From the NCBI GenBank assembly GCA_037444445.1, contig JBBIMK010000025.1, positions 1 through 26,642 of the forward strand: a stretch of 26,642 bases of DNA, in the 5' to 3' direction. The translations under genes were made by a program, and so were the position numbers. Source of the stretch: a bacterium (GTDB taxonomy: Bacteria > UBP7 > UBA6624 > JBBIMK01). The notes under the pieces were generated by a model. It ran no database searches and was not told the origin of the DNA. It saw only the letters and a program-made list of their open reading frames with translations. Positions 8,440 through 16,932 of this stretch are shown in pieces. Within the stretch, counting starts at the first letter, position 1; every line of letters starts with the position of its first letter.

Positions 8440-11430
8440 ATGAAACCCGTGTGGCAGGGGGCAGGATTTTTGGGTATCGTGGCATCTTTCATACTTCTGG
8501 TGGGATGTGGAGGTAATTCAGCCCCCTCAGGAGTGGTTAGCCCTGACGAGGGCATTTCAGAGGCAGTGGATTTCGGGCAAGCCACACTCTCTCCAGCCCA
8601 GGCCAGCGGGTGGAGTGTGGAAACCGTGGAAGGAGGTCCATCCTATATCGGCTGGCAAACCTCTATTGGCGCCGGGACTGGAGGGTTTCCCACCCCGGTT
8701 CGCATTTCTTACTATAACCAGATTACGAGGGATTTACGGCTTGCCTCGGGTTCTGTTGGGGGACCCTGGACCCTTACCACTCTGGATGCTCCCTTTGATG
8801 TGGGCAAATATAACTCCCTCGTCTGGAATGGCATCTCTCCACCGCAGATTTCTTATTACAAAGCCAGTGCGAACCTGAAGGCTTATCAGGGCACGCCCGT
8901 GGTGGTGGATGCGCAGATAGACACGGGCGCCTATAGCGACATCTCCTATGGGCCGGAGGAGAACCTGTACATTTCTTACACGGCCACTTATTTCATCACG
9001 AACTTGAACAAGCGGTCGCAGGTCCGCCATGCCTTCTTTGACGGCACCTGGAGCACGGAGGTCGTGGATGATGGGCCTGCCACAGCAGGCTCTTTTGCTT
9101 TCACTTCTAATACCATCTCCGCGCCCGCTTCCCCAGTTCTCACTCACATCTCCTATCGGGGTCAGAATGGACGCCTGAAACACGCCTGGGGTATCCATGG
9201 CTTGTGGTGGCTTACCGAGGAGGTGCTGGCTGGCAACCCGAGCACTGCCAATGTGGGACAGACGAGCATTCTTCTAACTTCGGACGGCATCCTTCATATC
9301 TTCTATACGAAAGCGGGCGCAGGGGCTGGCCTCTACCACGCCTGGCAGAACTGGACCGGCTGGCAGGTGGAACTGGTGGCTACCGGCTTCGGGATTATGA
9401 CTCCCTCCGCCGCCACTGAAGATTCCAACGGGAAAATTCATATCGCCGCTTACAAATCCAATACCCAGGATTTGGTTCACTTCACCTCGGGTCCCTGGAC
9501 CGCAGAAACCGTGGACTCGGCTGGTGATGTGGGGAAGTTTGCCGCCATCGTCAGGGATTCACAGGATTGCCTTCATATCTCTTACATCAATGACACAACG
9601 GATGATGTAAAATATGCCACCAATTGCGAGGCCCCCCCACCCAACAATCCTCCCCAGATTACCTCCATTTCAGCAACCCCGGGTTCAATCAACGAGGGGG
9701 GAACGGTGACGCTGACGGTAGTGGCGACAGACCCGAACAATGACCCCTTGACTTACACCTGGAGTCAGGATGCACCGGGTTCGCCCGTGGGGTTGTTTGA
9801 ATCACCCGCCTCCGCTACCACACCGTGGCGAGCGCCGCCCATCCCTTCCGGTCCTGTAGCCTTCACTTTAAGAGCCACCGTGTGCGACCCCTCCAATGCC
9901 TGCGATACCGCCACGGTAAATGTAACGGTGGAGGACATTTTTAACGGGCCCGCATACGGCTCCACCGGAACGCCAGCAGGGCAGAATTGCACCACAGGAC
10001 CTTCCGGTCTGCCTGAAGGCATTGAAATTTTGCCAGAGCAAGTTCTCCCCCTCCTCACCCCGGATGATTCCCTGTATCAAGCGATGAAAGGAAATCCTCC
10101 AGCGCCTGATATTCCACCCTTGCCATCCGGGGAGGAAGAAGGGTTTTTCATTCCTTCTGCGGCGCCCTCTTTGTCCACGGACTTTCAGGGTCTTACCTAT
10201 ATGGGCTTACGCCCTCCTGACCCCCATATCGCCGCCGGTCCCTCTCACATCATTGCCATCGTCAACTCCAAGTTCGGCATATTCAATAAAACCGGAACGG
10301 AGTTGTTTGAAGCCACTGGCTTCTCCTGGTTCTCCCCGGTGAATAGCCTCACCTTCATTTTTGACCCGAAAGTCAACTACGATGCGTATAACCAGCGATG
10401 GCTTCTTTTATTCCACGCTACTAACTTCAGTGCGGGGCAATCCCGCTGGCTCCTCGCCGCCTCCCAATCCGCTAATCCATTAGGCTGCTGGTGGATGTGG
10501 TCGCTGGATAACACGCTCAACGGCTCCACCCCTTCCTCCCCATTAAACTGGGCAGATTATTCCGATATGGGCTTTGATGGGAATTATATCTACCTGTCTT
10601 CCAACCAGTTCGGCTTCTCACCCACATCCTTTCACTACACGAAGGTTCGGGTTCTGAAAGCCAGTGAAGTTTATTCTGGCTCCATCCTCAACTGGGTGGA
10701 TTACTGGAACCACCTGCAGGCAAATGGAGAGAATGCCTTCACCATTCGCCCGGCTTATAGCCTCGGGAACCCACCGCCGTATGAATATCTTGCGAATGCC
10801 CACTGGCCTGGAGATACAATGTTCACTCTGTGGGGGATGAAGGATCCCTTCTCACCCACCCCTGCGATTCTTCGCGCCGGGATTCCCGTGGGCTTCTACA
10901 GCGTCCCGCCTGATGCCAGCCAGCCCGGCACCACCTGTCTGGTAGACACCATTGATTCCCGGATAATGAATGTCATCTGGCGAAACGGTTCTCTGTGGAC
11001 GGTTCAAAACACCGCGGTGAACTGGGGGTCTGGCACCGTCTCCGCCCTGAAATACCACCATGTGAATACGGATACGCTCACACTGTTAGACGACATCTAT
11101 TTCGGGGCAGATGGCATTCATTACTTTGATGGTGCGGTGATGGAGGACTCTTCTGGAAATATGGCAACCGTCTTCGCCCGCTCCAGTTCTTCCATCTATC
11201 CGGGAGCCTACTACACCGTGAAGCCTGATGGTGGTTCTATTGACCCCGCCGTGGGCGTTCTTCATATCGGAGAAAATTATACCTGCGGAACCCGATGGGG
11301 CGACTACGCCGGCAACTGGATTGACCCATCCGATAATCTCACCTTCTGGATTTTCCACGAGTATATCCTCGCTGGAACTCCGGGCTGGAACACCTGGAAC
11401 ACCTGGGTGGGCGCCCTCACCGTCCCATAA
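8440..11430 (+). CDS. Large multidomain lipoprotein: ISY-repeat beta-propeller-like region, Ig/PKD-like domain and unassigned C-terminal domain
   Basis: AGGAGG lies 7 nt before ATG 8440. The signal peptide has a lipobox (FILLVGC). About 7 degenerate repeats end in [IL]SY/[IF]Y...[LV]K[HY]A (nt ~8690-9620). A PKD/Ig-like segment follows (PPQITSISATPGSINEGGTVTLTVVATDPNNDPLTYTW, nt ~9640-9940). The remaining ~415 aa contain an RWGDYAG motif. Confidence 0.85.
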   Translation: MKPVWQGAGFLGIVASFILLVGCGGNSAPSGVVSPDEGISEAVDFGQATLSPAQASGWSVETVEGGPSYIGWQTSIGAGTGGFPTPVRISYYNQITRDLRLASGSVGGPWTLTTLDAPFDVGKYNSLVWNGISPPQISYYKASANLKAYQGTPVVVDAQIDTGAYSDISYGPEENLYISYTATYFITNLNKRSQVRHAFFDGTWSTEVVDDGPATAGSFAFTSNTISAPASPVLTHISYRGQNGRLKHAWGIHGLWWLTEEVLAGNPSTANVGQTSILLTSDGILHIFYTKAGAGAGLYHAWQNWTGWQVELVATGFGIMTPSAATEDSNGKIHIAAYKSNTQDLVHFTSGPWTAETVDSAGDVGKFAAIVRDSQDCLHISYINDTTDDVKYATNCEAPPPNNPPQITSISATPGSINEGGTVTLTVVATDPNNDPLTYTWSQDAPGSPVGLFESPASATTPWRAPPIPSGPVAFTLRATVCDPSNACDTATVNVTVEDIFNGPAYGSTGTPAGQNCTTGPSGLPEGIEILPEQVLPLLTPDDSLYQAMKGNPPAPDIPPLPSGEEEGFFIPSAAPSLSTDFQGLTYMGLRPPDPHIAAGPSHIIAIVNSKFGIFNKTGTELFEATGFSWFSPVNSLTFIFDPKVNYDAYNQRWLLLFHATNFSAGQSRWLLAASQSANPLGCWWMWSLDNTLNGSTPSSPLNWADYSDMGFDGNYIYLSSNQFGFSPTSFHYTKVRVLKASEVYSGSILNWVDYWNHLQANGENAFTIRPAYSLGNPPPYEYLANAHWPGDTMFTLWGMKDPFSPTPAILRAGIPVGFYSVPPDASQPGTTCLVDTIDSRIMNVIWRNGSLWTVQNTAVNWGSGTVSALKYHHVNTDTLTLLDDIYFGADGIHYFDGAVMEDSSGNMATVFARSSSSIYPGAYYTVKPDGGSIDPAVGVLHIGENYTCGTRWGDYAGNWIDPSDNLTFWIFHEYILAGTPGWNTWNTWVGALTVP

Positions 11431-11581
11431 AAAGAACTCGCTGAATCACCCCAGCCTAACCGCTCCCGTAGCGAAGAAAGCCGGCACTACCCTGGCGCTG
11501 GGATGGCGCGCGGTGGGTTCCGCGCTACACGCTCGTGAAGTGATGGCAAGCGGTGAACGATGAATGGTGAGTCGTAAGGTT

Positions 11582-11636
11582 GTGCGGCTCGGTCTCTCCG
11601 GGACCCCAGCGCGTCTTTACCCCGGCTTTCGTAAAG
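11582..11636 (-). pseudogene. Short relic fragment paralogous to the 5' region of the adjacent CopZ-like gene
   Basis: Hand alignment of 11582-11636 to 12324-12379 gives 44/55 identities with one 1-nt gap. The minus-strand translation FTKAGVKTRWGPGETEP compares with the gene's FTKAEIKTRFGPKEAEP. Similarity fades on both sides and the frame breaks at the gap. Confidence 0.45.
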
Positions 11637-11850
11637 CCCGCTACCACCTCAGGTAAGCACACGGGAACGAGGCGATATTGGAGGTTCATATCGCGAATTG
11701 GCACTTCACGAACACCTCGCTTGTAGTTATCTTTTGGGAAGCCCGGTCCCACCGCCCCCGCAGGACGGCAGGAATCCGACCATTACTCCTATTCCGCACA
11801 GAATCAAAAGTCTCGCTTTCATCCACCACCCCAATTATATCCCCGGGGTC

Positions 11851-12561
11851 TCATCCTTCTATCCGGATTTCCCTCACCTCATAGCCCATCTCTTCAATCA
11901 GCCTGCGGACTTCCGATGCACTTATAGAACCCGGGAAGGTGACATCCCCTTCTCCGGAGGGAAAGTCTACCTGAACTTTTGTGGCTCCGTAATGTTCTAA
12001 TGCGCTGGCAACCCCTCGGGCACAGGATTCGCAGGACATCCCACCAATTACAAGGTGGAATCGGATTTTTTCCTGAATATTCTCCAGCACAGACTCCACC
12101 CCCTCTTTGAGTTCCGATTCTTCCACCCGTTCCGTATATTTCCCGACGATATCCGGGAGGTATTCCCGACAGCATTTGCCAGAAGGATTTGTGGTGAGGC
12201 ACCATTTTCCCGTTCCCGCACGCGTAAAACGCTGTATATCCTGCAGGGTGGTGCAGCATTTTTTCTGCAGAATTTCTTCCGCAATCTGTTCCTCAGTGAC
12301 CTGAAGGCAATAACAAACCGGGCGTGGCGGCTCGGCCTCCTTGGGACCAAAACGCGTCTTTATCTCCGCTTTGGTAAAGTATACTTTCCCATGGTTCCGG
12401 TAATACATCATCGGGCAAGAGCGGGTGAAACAAAACCGGAAGCCATCACCCAGAAGCGTCCAGTATTCTGCGGGCAGATGCACCGACATCGTGACGGGGA
12501 ACGCTGGGTGAGTCAGTATACCCTGACAGGTGGTAGAAAAAGATGGGCTGAGTTTTTTCAT
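11851..12561 (-). CDS. CopZ-like metallochaperone: Cys-rich BFD-like Fe-S/Zn N-terminal domain plus C-terminal HMA domain
   Basis: The C-terminal HMA domain carries GMSCESC. The N-terminal part contains PVCYCLQVTEEQI...TRAGTGKWCLTTNPSGKCC, which resembles the [2Fe-2S]/Zn domain described for archaeal CopZ. Confidence 0.85.
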   Translation of the reverse strand: MKKLSPSFSTTCQGILTHPAFPVTMSVHLPAEYWTLLGDGFRFCFTRSCPMMYYRNHGKVYFTKAEIKTRFGPKEAEPPRPVCYCLQVTEEQIAEEILQKKCCTTLQDIQRFTRAGTGKWCLTTNPSGKCCREYLPDIVGKYTERVEESELKEGVESVLENIQEKIRFHLVIGGMSCESCARGVASALEHYGATKVQVDFPSGEGDVTFPGSISASEVRRLIEEMGYEVREIRIEG

Positions 12562-12637
12562 TCTTCTTATGCTCGCTATTTTCAGGAATGGAGAGGGATG
12601 GGAACAGGGGGAAAGATGGTGAGCCTGCGGATGTATC

Positions 12638-12646
12638 TGGTATAAT
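12638..12646 (+). promoter_or_regulatory. Consensus extended -10 (TGgTATAAT)
   Basis: TGGTATAAT ends 11 nt before the GTG start at 12658, with no SD in between. Confidence 0.45.
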
Positions 12647-12657
12647 AGCCTGCGGTT

Positions 12658-13623
12658 GTGGGAAAGAGATGGATAATTCTGGTGGGGATGGTGCTTGCCT
12701 GTGGGGTAGAAGGGACGGCGAGAGGAGGGGGGCCTCTGGAATTGCCGAATCTCTATCCGATTTACTGGGGTGTTCTGACTTTTCAGCCCCGTTCTCCTTT
12801 CCTCTCTGAAGGCTTCTCTTTTTCGGGTGCTTATTCAGTGAACGCCACCCGGGGGGCGAATGAGGAAACGGGCTGGCAAGCGGTGATGGATATGGAAGTG
12901 TTTTATTTGCAAACCCGTTATACTTATGCTCTGAACGAAAGGAGTTTTTTAGAAGCCCGCCTGCCCATTTTCTACGCTTATGGCGGTTTTATGGATAATT
13001 TTTTGATTCAATATCACAATTTTTTAGGCTTGCCCGGCGGGGGCAGGGAAAGCATGCCGAGGGATACATTCCGATTCCGGGTGACCGGCAATGGGAAAAC
13101 CATAGCGTCCTACACGGGCAGAGGACCTGCGCCAGGTGACCTTGCCCTTTCTTTTCTCCACCAGTGGACCCTGAATCCTCAATCCGCTCTCACTCTAAAA
13201 GCGGGTGTGGAACTCCCTATCGGCAGAGTTTCTTCCGGCTATAGCAATGATTCGGTGGATGCAGAAATGTCTCTCCATTATCAGCGGGATTTCCGCCGAA
13301 CCTCTGTGTATTCCGGGCTGGGCTATTTGCTCCCCGGGGACTTCGGGAATGTGAACCCCATTTCGTTAAAGCCATTCTGGGCTTATACCCTTTCGGGGGA
13401 GTGGTTTCAAACTCCTAAAACTCACTGGCTGATACAATGGAACTGGATGAGTAATCCTTTTCCCACTACGGGGTTGAAGATACTGGACAAAACGGGTGCG
13501 GAGTTCATTATGGGCTACCGACGGGTTGTTCATAACCAGGAGTGGACCCTGGGGTTCACCGAGGATTTCTTAACCCCTCAATCCCCGGACATCAATTTTG
13601 TAGCAACCCTGAAGTGGAAGTGA
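12658..13623 (+). CDS. Putative outer-membrane beta-barrel protein or lipoprotein, family not recognised
   Basis: 321 aa with a GTG start. The signal peptide has a possible lipobox (MVLAC). About 12 amphipathic beta-strand-like segments are present, and the C-terminus is aromatic (FVATLKWK). Confidence 0.65.
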   Translation: MGKRWIILVGMVLACGVEGTARGGGPLELPNLYPIYWGVLTFQPRSPFLSEGFSFSGAYSVNATRGANEETGWQAVMDMEVFYLQTRYTYALNERSFLEARLPIFYAYGGFMDNFLIQYHNFLGLPGGGRESMPRDTFRFRVTGNGKTIASYTGRGPAPGDLALSFLHQWTLNPQSALTLKAGVELPIGRVSSGYSNDSVDAEMSLHYQRDFRRTSVYSGLGYLLPGDFGNVNPISLKPFWAYTLSGEWFQTPKTHWLIQWNWMSNPFPTTGLKILDKTGAEFIMGYRRVVHNQEWTLGFTEDFLTPQSPDINFVATLKWK

Positions 13624-13642
13624 GGGAAGGAAGGGAAGAGAG

Positions 13643-14068
13643 ATGAAGGCAGAGATGGAGTGGAAGGGTGGAATGTTATTTTCAGGGGTGACGGAATCGG
13701 GACACGAGGTGCGAGTGGACGCGGGGCCCGGGGGGGGCGGGGTAAATTCTGCCCCATCGCCCATGGAACTCGTTCTCATCGCCCTTATGGGTTGCACCGG
13801 TATGGATGTGGTGAGTATCCTTCAAAAAATGAAGACCCCCATAAAAGGCTTACGGCTGAGCGTGGAGGCGGAAAGAGCCACACAACCTCCCCGGGTTTAC
13901 ACCTCCCTCAAACTGCGGTATAGTTTATATGCACCGAAAACCTGCGAGCAGGAGTTCCAGAAGGCGGTGGAACTCTCACAGAAGAAATACTGTTCGGTGA
14001 GCGCCATGCTAAAGAAAACGGCGAATATCAGTTATTTTCTGGAGGTCATAGAAGATGGCACAGCCTGA
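13643..14068 (+). CDS. OsmC/Ohr family protein
   Basis: 141 aa with PSPMELVLIALMGCTGMDV and KKYCSVSAML, the two conserved Cys regions of the OsmC family. Confidence 0.85.
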   Translation: MKAEMEWKGGMLFSGVTESGHEVRVDAGPGGGGVNSAPSPMELVLIALMGCTGMDVVSILQKMKTPIKGLRLSVEAERATQPPRVYTSLKLRYSLYAPKTCEQEFQKAVELSQKKYCSVSAMLKKTANISYFLEVIEDGTA

Positions 14069-15020
14069 GGTGTTCATCACCCGGAAGTTGCCGGGTCCGG
14101 CGGAAGAAATTATCGCCGGGGTAGCCACCTATGAGGTTTACGAGGAGGACCGGGCTATCCCCCGCCCGGTTCTACTACAAAAAGTAAAGGGAAAGGATGG
14201 GCTTCTTTGCCTGTTGACGGATAAGGTGGATGCGGAAGTGATGGATTCTGCTGGAAGGGGGTTGAAGGTGATTAGCAATTACGCCGTGGGGTATGACAAC
14301 ATTCAGATTGAAGAAGCGAAGAAGCGGGGAATCGTGGTGACGAATACGCCGGGAGTGCTGACGGAGACGACGGCGGATTTGGCCTGGACACTCCTGATGG
14401 CAACGGCGAGAAGAGTGGTTGAAGCCGATGCTTTCACCCGACAGGGGCTGTTCTCTGGCTGGAGTCCCACCCTGTTCTTAGGGGTGGATGTATATGGGAA
14501 AACCCTTGGGATCGTAGGGCTGGGCAGAATTGGGTATGCGGTGGCAAGAAGAGCCCGTGGGTTTGATATGCGGATTCTTTACTACGATTCTATGGGTCCT
14601 TTCCCGGACAAGGAAAAGGAGGTAGGAGCCGAATTTCGTCCTCTCGCTGAACTCATTCAGGAAAGCGACTTTATCACCCTTCATACCCCTTACAGTCAAC
14701 AGACCCATCATTTGATCGGGGAGAAGGAACTGAGGAGTATGAAGAAAACAGCGATTCTGGTGAACACCTCCCGGGGAGCGGTGGTGGATGAGCAGGCTCT
14801 GGTGAGAGCTTTACGAGAGGGCTGGATTCGTGGGGCGGGGCTGGATGTGTATGAAAAGGAGCCTGCCCTCGCGGAAGGCCTTTCACAACTGCCCAATGCA
14901 GTTCTGGTGCCCCATATCGCCAGCGCCTCCGTAGAAACCCGCTTTCGGATGGCTGAGATCGCCGCTAAAAATCTGGTGGCAGTGCTGGAAGGCAAGCCAC
15001 CGCTGTTTCGTGTGGTGTGA
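14055..15020 (+). CDS. D-2-hydroxyacid dehydrogenase (glyoxylate/hydroxypyruvate reductase-like)
   Basis: The NAD-binding motif GIVGLGRIGYAVARRA is present, with catalytic-region motifs NTSRGAVVD and VPHIASAS. GGAGG lies upstream. The gene overlaps the OsmC gene end by 14 nt. Confidence 0.9.
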   Translation: MAQPEVFITRKLPGPAEEIIAGVATYEVYEEDRAIPRPVLLQKVKGKDGLLCLLTDKVDAEVMDSAGRGLKVISNYAVGYDNIQIEEAKKRGIVVTNTPGVLTETTADLAWTLLMATARRVVEADAFTRQGLFSGWSPTLFLGVDVYGKTLGIVGLGRIGYAVARRARGFDMRILYYDSMGPFPDKEKEVGAEFRPLAELIQESDFITLHTPYSQQTHHLIGEKELRSMKKTAILVNTSRGAVVDEQALVRALREGWIRGAGLDVYEKEPALAEGLSQLPNAVLVPHIASASVETRFRMAEIAAKNLVAVLEGKPPLFRVV

Positions 15021-15094
15021 GGGAAAAAGGAATGGTGAGAATTGATCAACGATAGGGACATTCCGGGGCTGGCACTCCAGGCGTCTTCTGGCGG

Positions 15095-16030
15095 ATGAAA
15101 TACTTCGTTAGAAAATTTGTGGAGCGGCTATTGCTTTTCACATTTATCGGTCTGACCTATATTTTACCTTTGAGTGCGGTCTTTTATCTGGGGAAAGGGA
15201 TTGCCCGTATTTTTTACTGGCTTTACACCCGGAAACGCAAGGAAGCCCTCCAGAATATCCTGATGGCGTTTCCGGGAATTTCCCTGCAACAGGCATGCTC
15301 GTACTACCGGGAATCCCTTGAAAATCTTGCTTATTCCGCCATTGAATTTCTTTCTTTTTCTCAGTGGGGCGGAAGGGGAGTGAAGCGGGCGGTTCGGGAA
15401 GTGGAAGGGAAGGAAATTTTAAAGGAAGCGTATGACCAGGGGAAGGGAGTGATTCTGATTTCCGGGCATCTGGGGAACTGGGAACTTTTAGGTGCCTGGC
15501 TGGCAGTCTCCGGCTTTCCCCTGGTGGCGGTGGAAAAGGAGCAGGAAGATTCGTTCCTTAACCGCCTCATCCTCAACACCCGTAAGAAGATGTCCATTGA
15601 GTTGATTTCCAAAGACATACCGGACTTTCGGGATTTGCTTCGGGCTTTGAAGCAAGGGAAAGGGATTGGACTGATTTCAGACCAGAATGCGGGAAAGAGA
15701 GGGGTGCCGGCGAAGTTCCTGGGTCGCACCACATCCACCTTCGCAGGGCCGGTGCTGCTGGCGAGAGCCAGCGGCGCCCCGATGATTCCTATTTTTGATA
15801 TTCGCCTGGGTCCCGGCGCCCACAAAATTACCGCTCTTCCCCCTCTTCCCCTGTCGTGGGAGGAAAATCTGGACCGGGCGGTGCTCCAGAATGTCCAGAA
15901 ATACACCGATGTCATTGCAAATATGGTGCGGAAGTATCCCGGACAGTGGCTCTGGCTACACCGGCGATGGCGGGAAGGGGAAGAAAAGATGGACGAACCT
16001 TTCCTCCAGCGGGCACAGGAGGAAGCATAG
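15095..16030 (+). CDS. Lipid A biosynthesis late acyltransferase (LpxL/HtrB family)
   Basis: An N-terminal membrane anchor is present, with the acyltransferase motif SGHLGNWELLG (HX4E/D) and DQNAG...F.G. Confidence 0.85.
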   Translation: MKYFVRKFVERLLLFTFIGLTYILPLSAVFYLGKGIARIFYWLYTRKRKEALQNILMAFPGISLQQACSYYRESLENLAYSAIEFLSFSQWGGRGVKRAVREVEGKEILKEAYDQGKGVILISGHLGNWELLGAWLAVSGFPLVAVEKEQEDSFLNRLILNTRKKMSIELISKDIPDFRDLLRALKQGKGIGLISDQNAGKRGVPAKFLGRTTSTFAGPVLLARASGAPMIPIFDIRLGPGAHKITALPPLPLSWEENLDRAVLQNVQKYTDVIANMVRKYPGQWLWLHRRWREGEEKMDEPFLQRAQEEA

Positions 16031-16062
16031 GGAAATGCAGGGGAGGATTACCAAACGCTGAA

Positions 16063-16911
16063 ATGATGGCGAGAATGCGAAAACCATCCCCGGTGATTCA
16101 AATCGGCAGGATAAAAATGGGGCAGGGGTTACCCTTCGTGCTGATTGCCGGACCCTGTGTGATAGAATCAGAGGATTTAATCCTGAAAGTGGCTGTGAAG
16201 CTTAAAAAAATCTGCTCCTCTGTTCAGATTCCCTTCATCTTCAAATCTTCCTTTGACAAAGCGAACCGGACTTCTATTCATTCGTTTCGGGGTCCCGGGT
16301 TGAAGGAAGGACTGAAGATTTTAGGGAAAGTAAAACAAAAGGTGGGCGTGCCGGTGCTGACGGACATCCATCTGCCGGAGCAGGCGGAGCCTGTGGGCGA
16401 AGTGGCGGATGTTTTACAAATTCCTGCCTTCCTGTGTCGGCAGACGGATTTGCTGGTGTCAGCGGGGAAAACAGGCAAGCCGGTGAACATCAAGAAGGGG
16501 CAGTTCTTATCGCCGGAGGAAATTCTGCCCGCCATTGAAAAGGTGCTCTCCACCGGAAATACCCAGGTGATGGTGACGGAGCGAGGAACCTTCTTCGGCT
16601 ATCACAACCTGGTGGTGGACTTTCGCAATTTAGAAATCCTGAAGGGATATGGTGTGCCGGTGGTGTATGATGCTACACACAGCCTTCAGTTACCCGGGGG
16701 AGAAAAAAACCGCTCCGGAGGCCTGCGAGAGTTTGTGGAGCCCCTTGCCCGTGCTGCGGTGGCTGTGGGTGTGGATGCCCTTTTTATAGAGACTCATCCC
16801 GACCCGAAGAAAGCCCTCAGCGACCCGGCAACCCAGTTATCTTTAGATGTCCTGCCTCCCCTGCTGAAGAAGTTGAAAACCCTGGACCCGCAGGCTAAAT
16901 ACTGGCCATAA
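16063..16911 (+). CDS. kdsA: 3-deoxy-8-phosphooctulonate synthase
   Basis: Motifs LIAGPCVIES, FKSSFDKANRTS and LQIPAFLCRQTDL are present. The start is placed at ATG 16063, because upstream codons of the 351-aa ORF overlap the acyltransferase gene. Confidence 0.9.
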   Translation: MMARMRKPSPVIQIGRIKMGQGLPFVLIAGPCVIESEDLILKVAVKLKKICSSVQIPFIFKSSFDKANRTSIHSFRGPGLKEGLKILGKVKQKVGVPVLTDIHLPEQAEPVGEVADVLQIPAFLCRQTDLLVSAGKTGKPVNIKKGQFLSPEEILPAIEKVLSTGNTQVMVTERGTFFGYHNLVVDFRNLEILKGYGVPVVYDATHSLQLPGGEKNRSGGLREFVEPLARAAVAVGVDALFIETHPDPKKALSDPATQLSLDVLPPLLKKLKTLDPQAKYWP

Positions 16912-16932
16912 TCCCGGAGAGGAGGGGGAAAG

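Noticed and set aside
11385-11406. A tandem 9-nt repeat (CTGGAACAC x2 plus a partial copy) at the 3' end of the lipoprotein gene.
   Set aside because: It is in frame (WNTWNTW), very short, and consistent with simple local duplication. It is not a regulatory or CRISPR-like feature.
11431-11850. Tested the long convergent spacer as tmRNA, RNase P RNA, SRP RNA or a cobalamin riboswitch.
   Set aside because: There is no tRNA-like acceptor/T-arm ending in CCA. The RNase P GGAAAGUCCGGGC and ACAGAA..CGGCUUA boxes are absent, as is the SRP GGAAG...AGCAGC motif. Only a partial GGGAAGCCCGGUCCCACCGCC resemblance to the B12 core exists, and there is no downstream gene to regulate. An unknown RNA is not excluded; see findings.
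11665-11853. The TGA stop of the CopZ-like gene is followed by about 60 in-frame sense codons, raising the possibility of read-through or selenocysteine.
   Set aside because: The HMA domain ends normally before the stop. The downstream translation is not protein-like, and I saw no SECIS-like hairpin. TGA is used as an ordinary stop by several genes here (slt, the MTase, the first M16 gene), so stop-codon reassignment is unlikely.
12055-12645. A 196-aa plus-strand ORF antisense to the CopZ-like gene. The similar case is the 149-aa ORF 1568-2017, antisense to the 120-aa gene.
   Set aside because: These are shadow ORFs. The minus-strand genes carry recognisable domains (HMA, BFD-like) or protein-like composition with an SD, and the antisense translations are low-complexity.
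13730-13737. A G8 homopolymer inside the OsmC gene (GPGGGG), as a possible slipped-strand phase-variation tract.
   Set aside because: It encodes a Gly run in an intact frame of a housekeeping-type gene. There is no evidence of variation from a single sequence. It is more relevant as a potential sequencing-error hotspot.
15361-15915. Long antisense ORFs inside well-supported genes: 15361-15915, 6412-6903, 8734-9198, 23276-23713 and 24945-25364.
   Set aside because: Each lies opposite a gene with clear family motifs. Their Arg/Ser/Pro/Gly-rich compositions are typical of frame shadows.
15856-16062. The long N-terminal extension of the kdsA ORF (351-aa version).
   Set aside because: It overlaps the 3' end of the acyltransferase gene in another frame and is Gly/Arg/Pro-rich. 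KdsA homology starts near ATG 16063.
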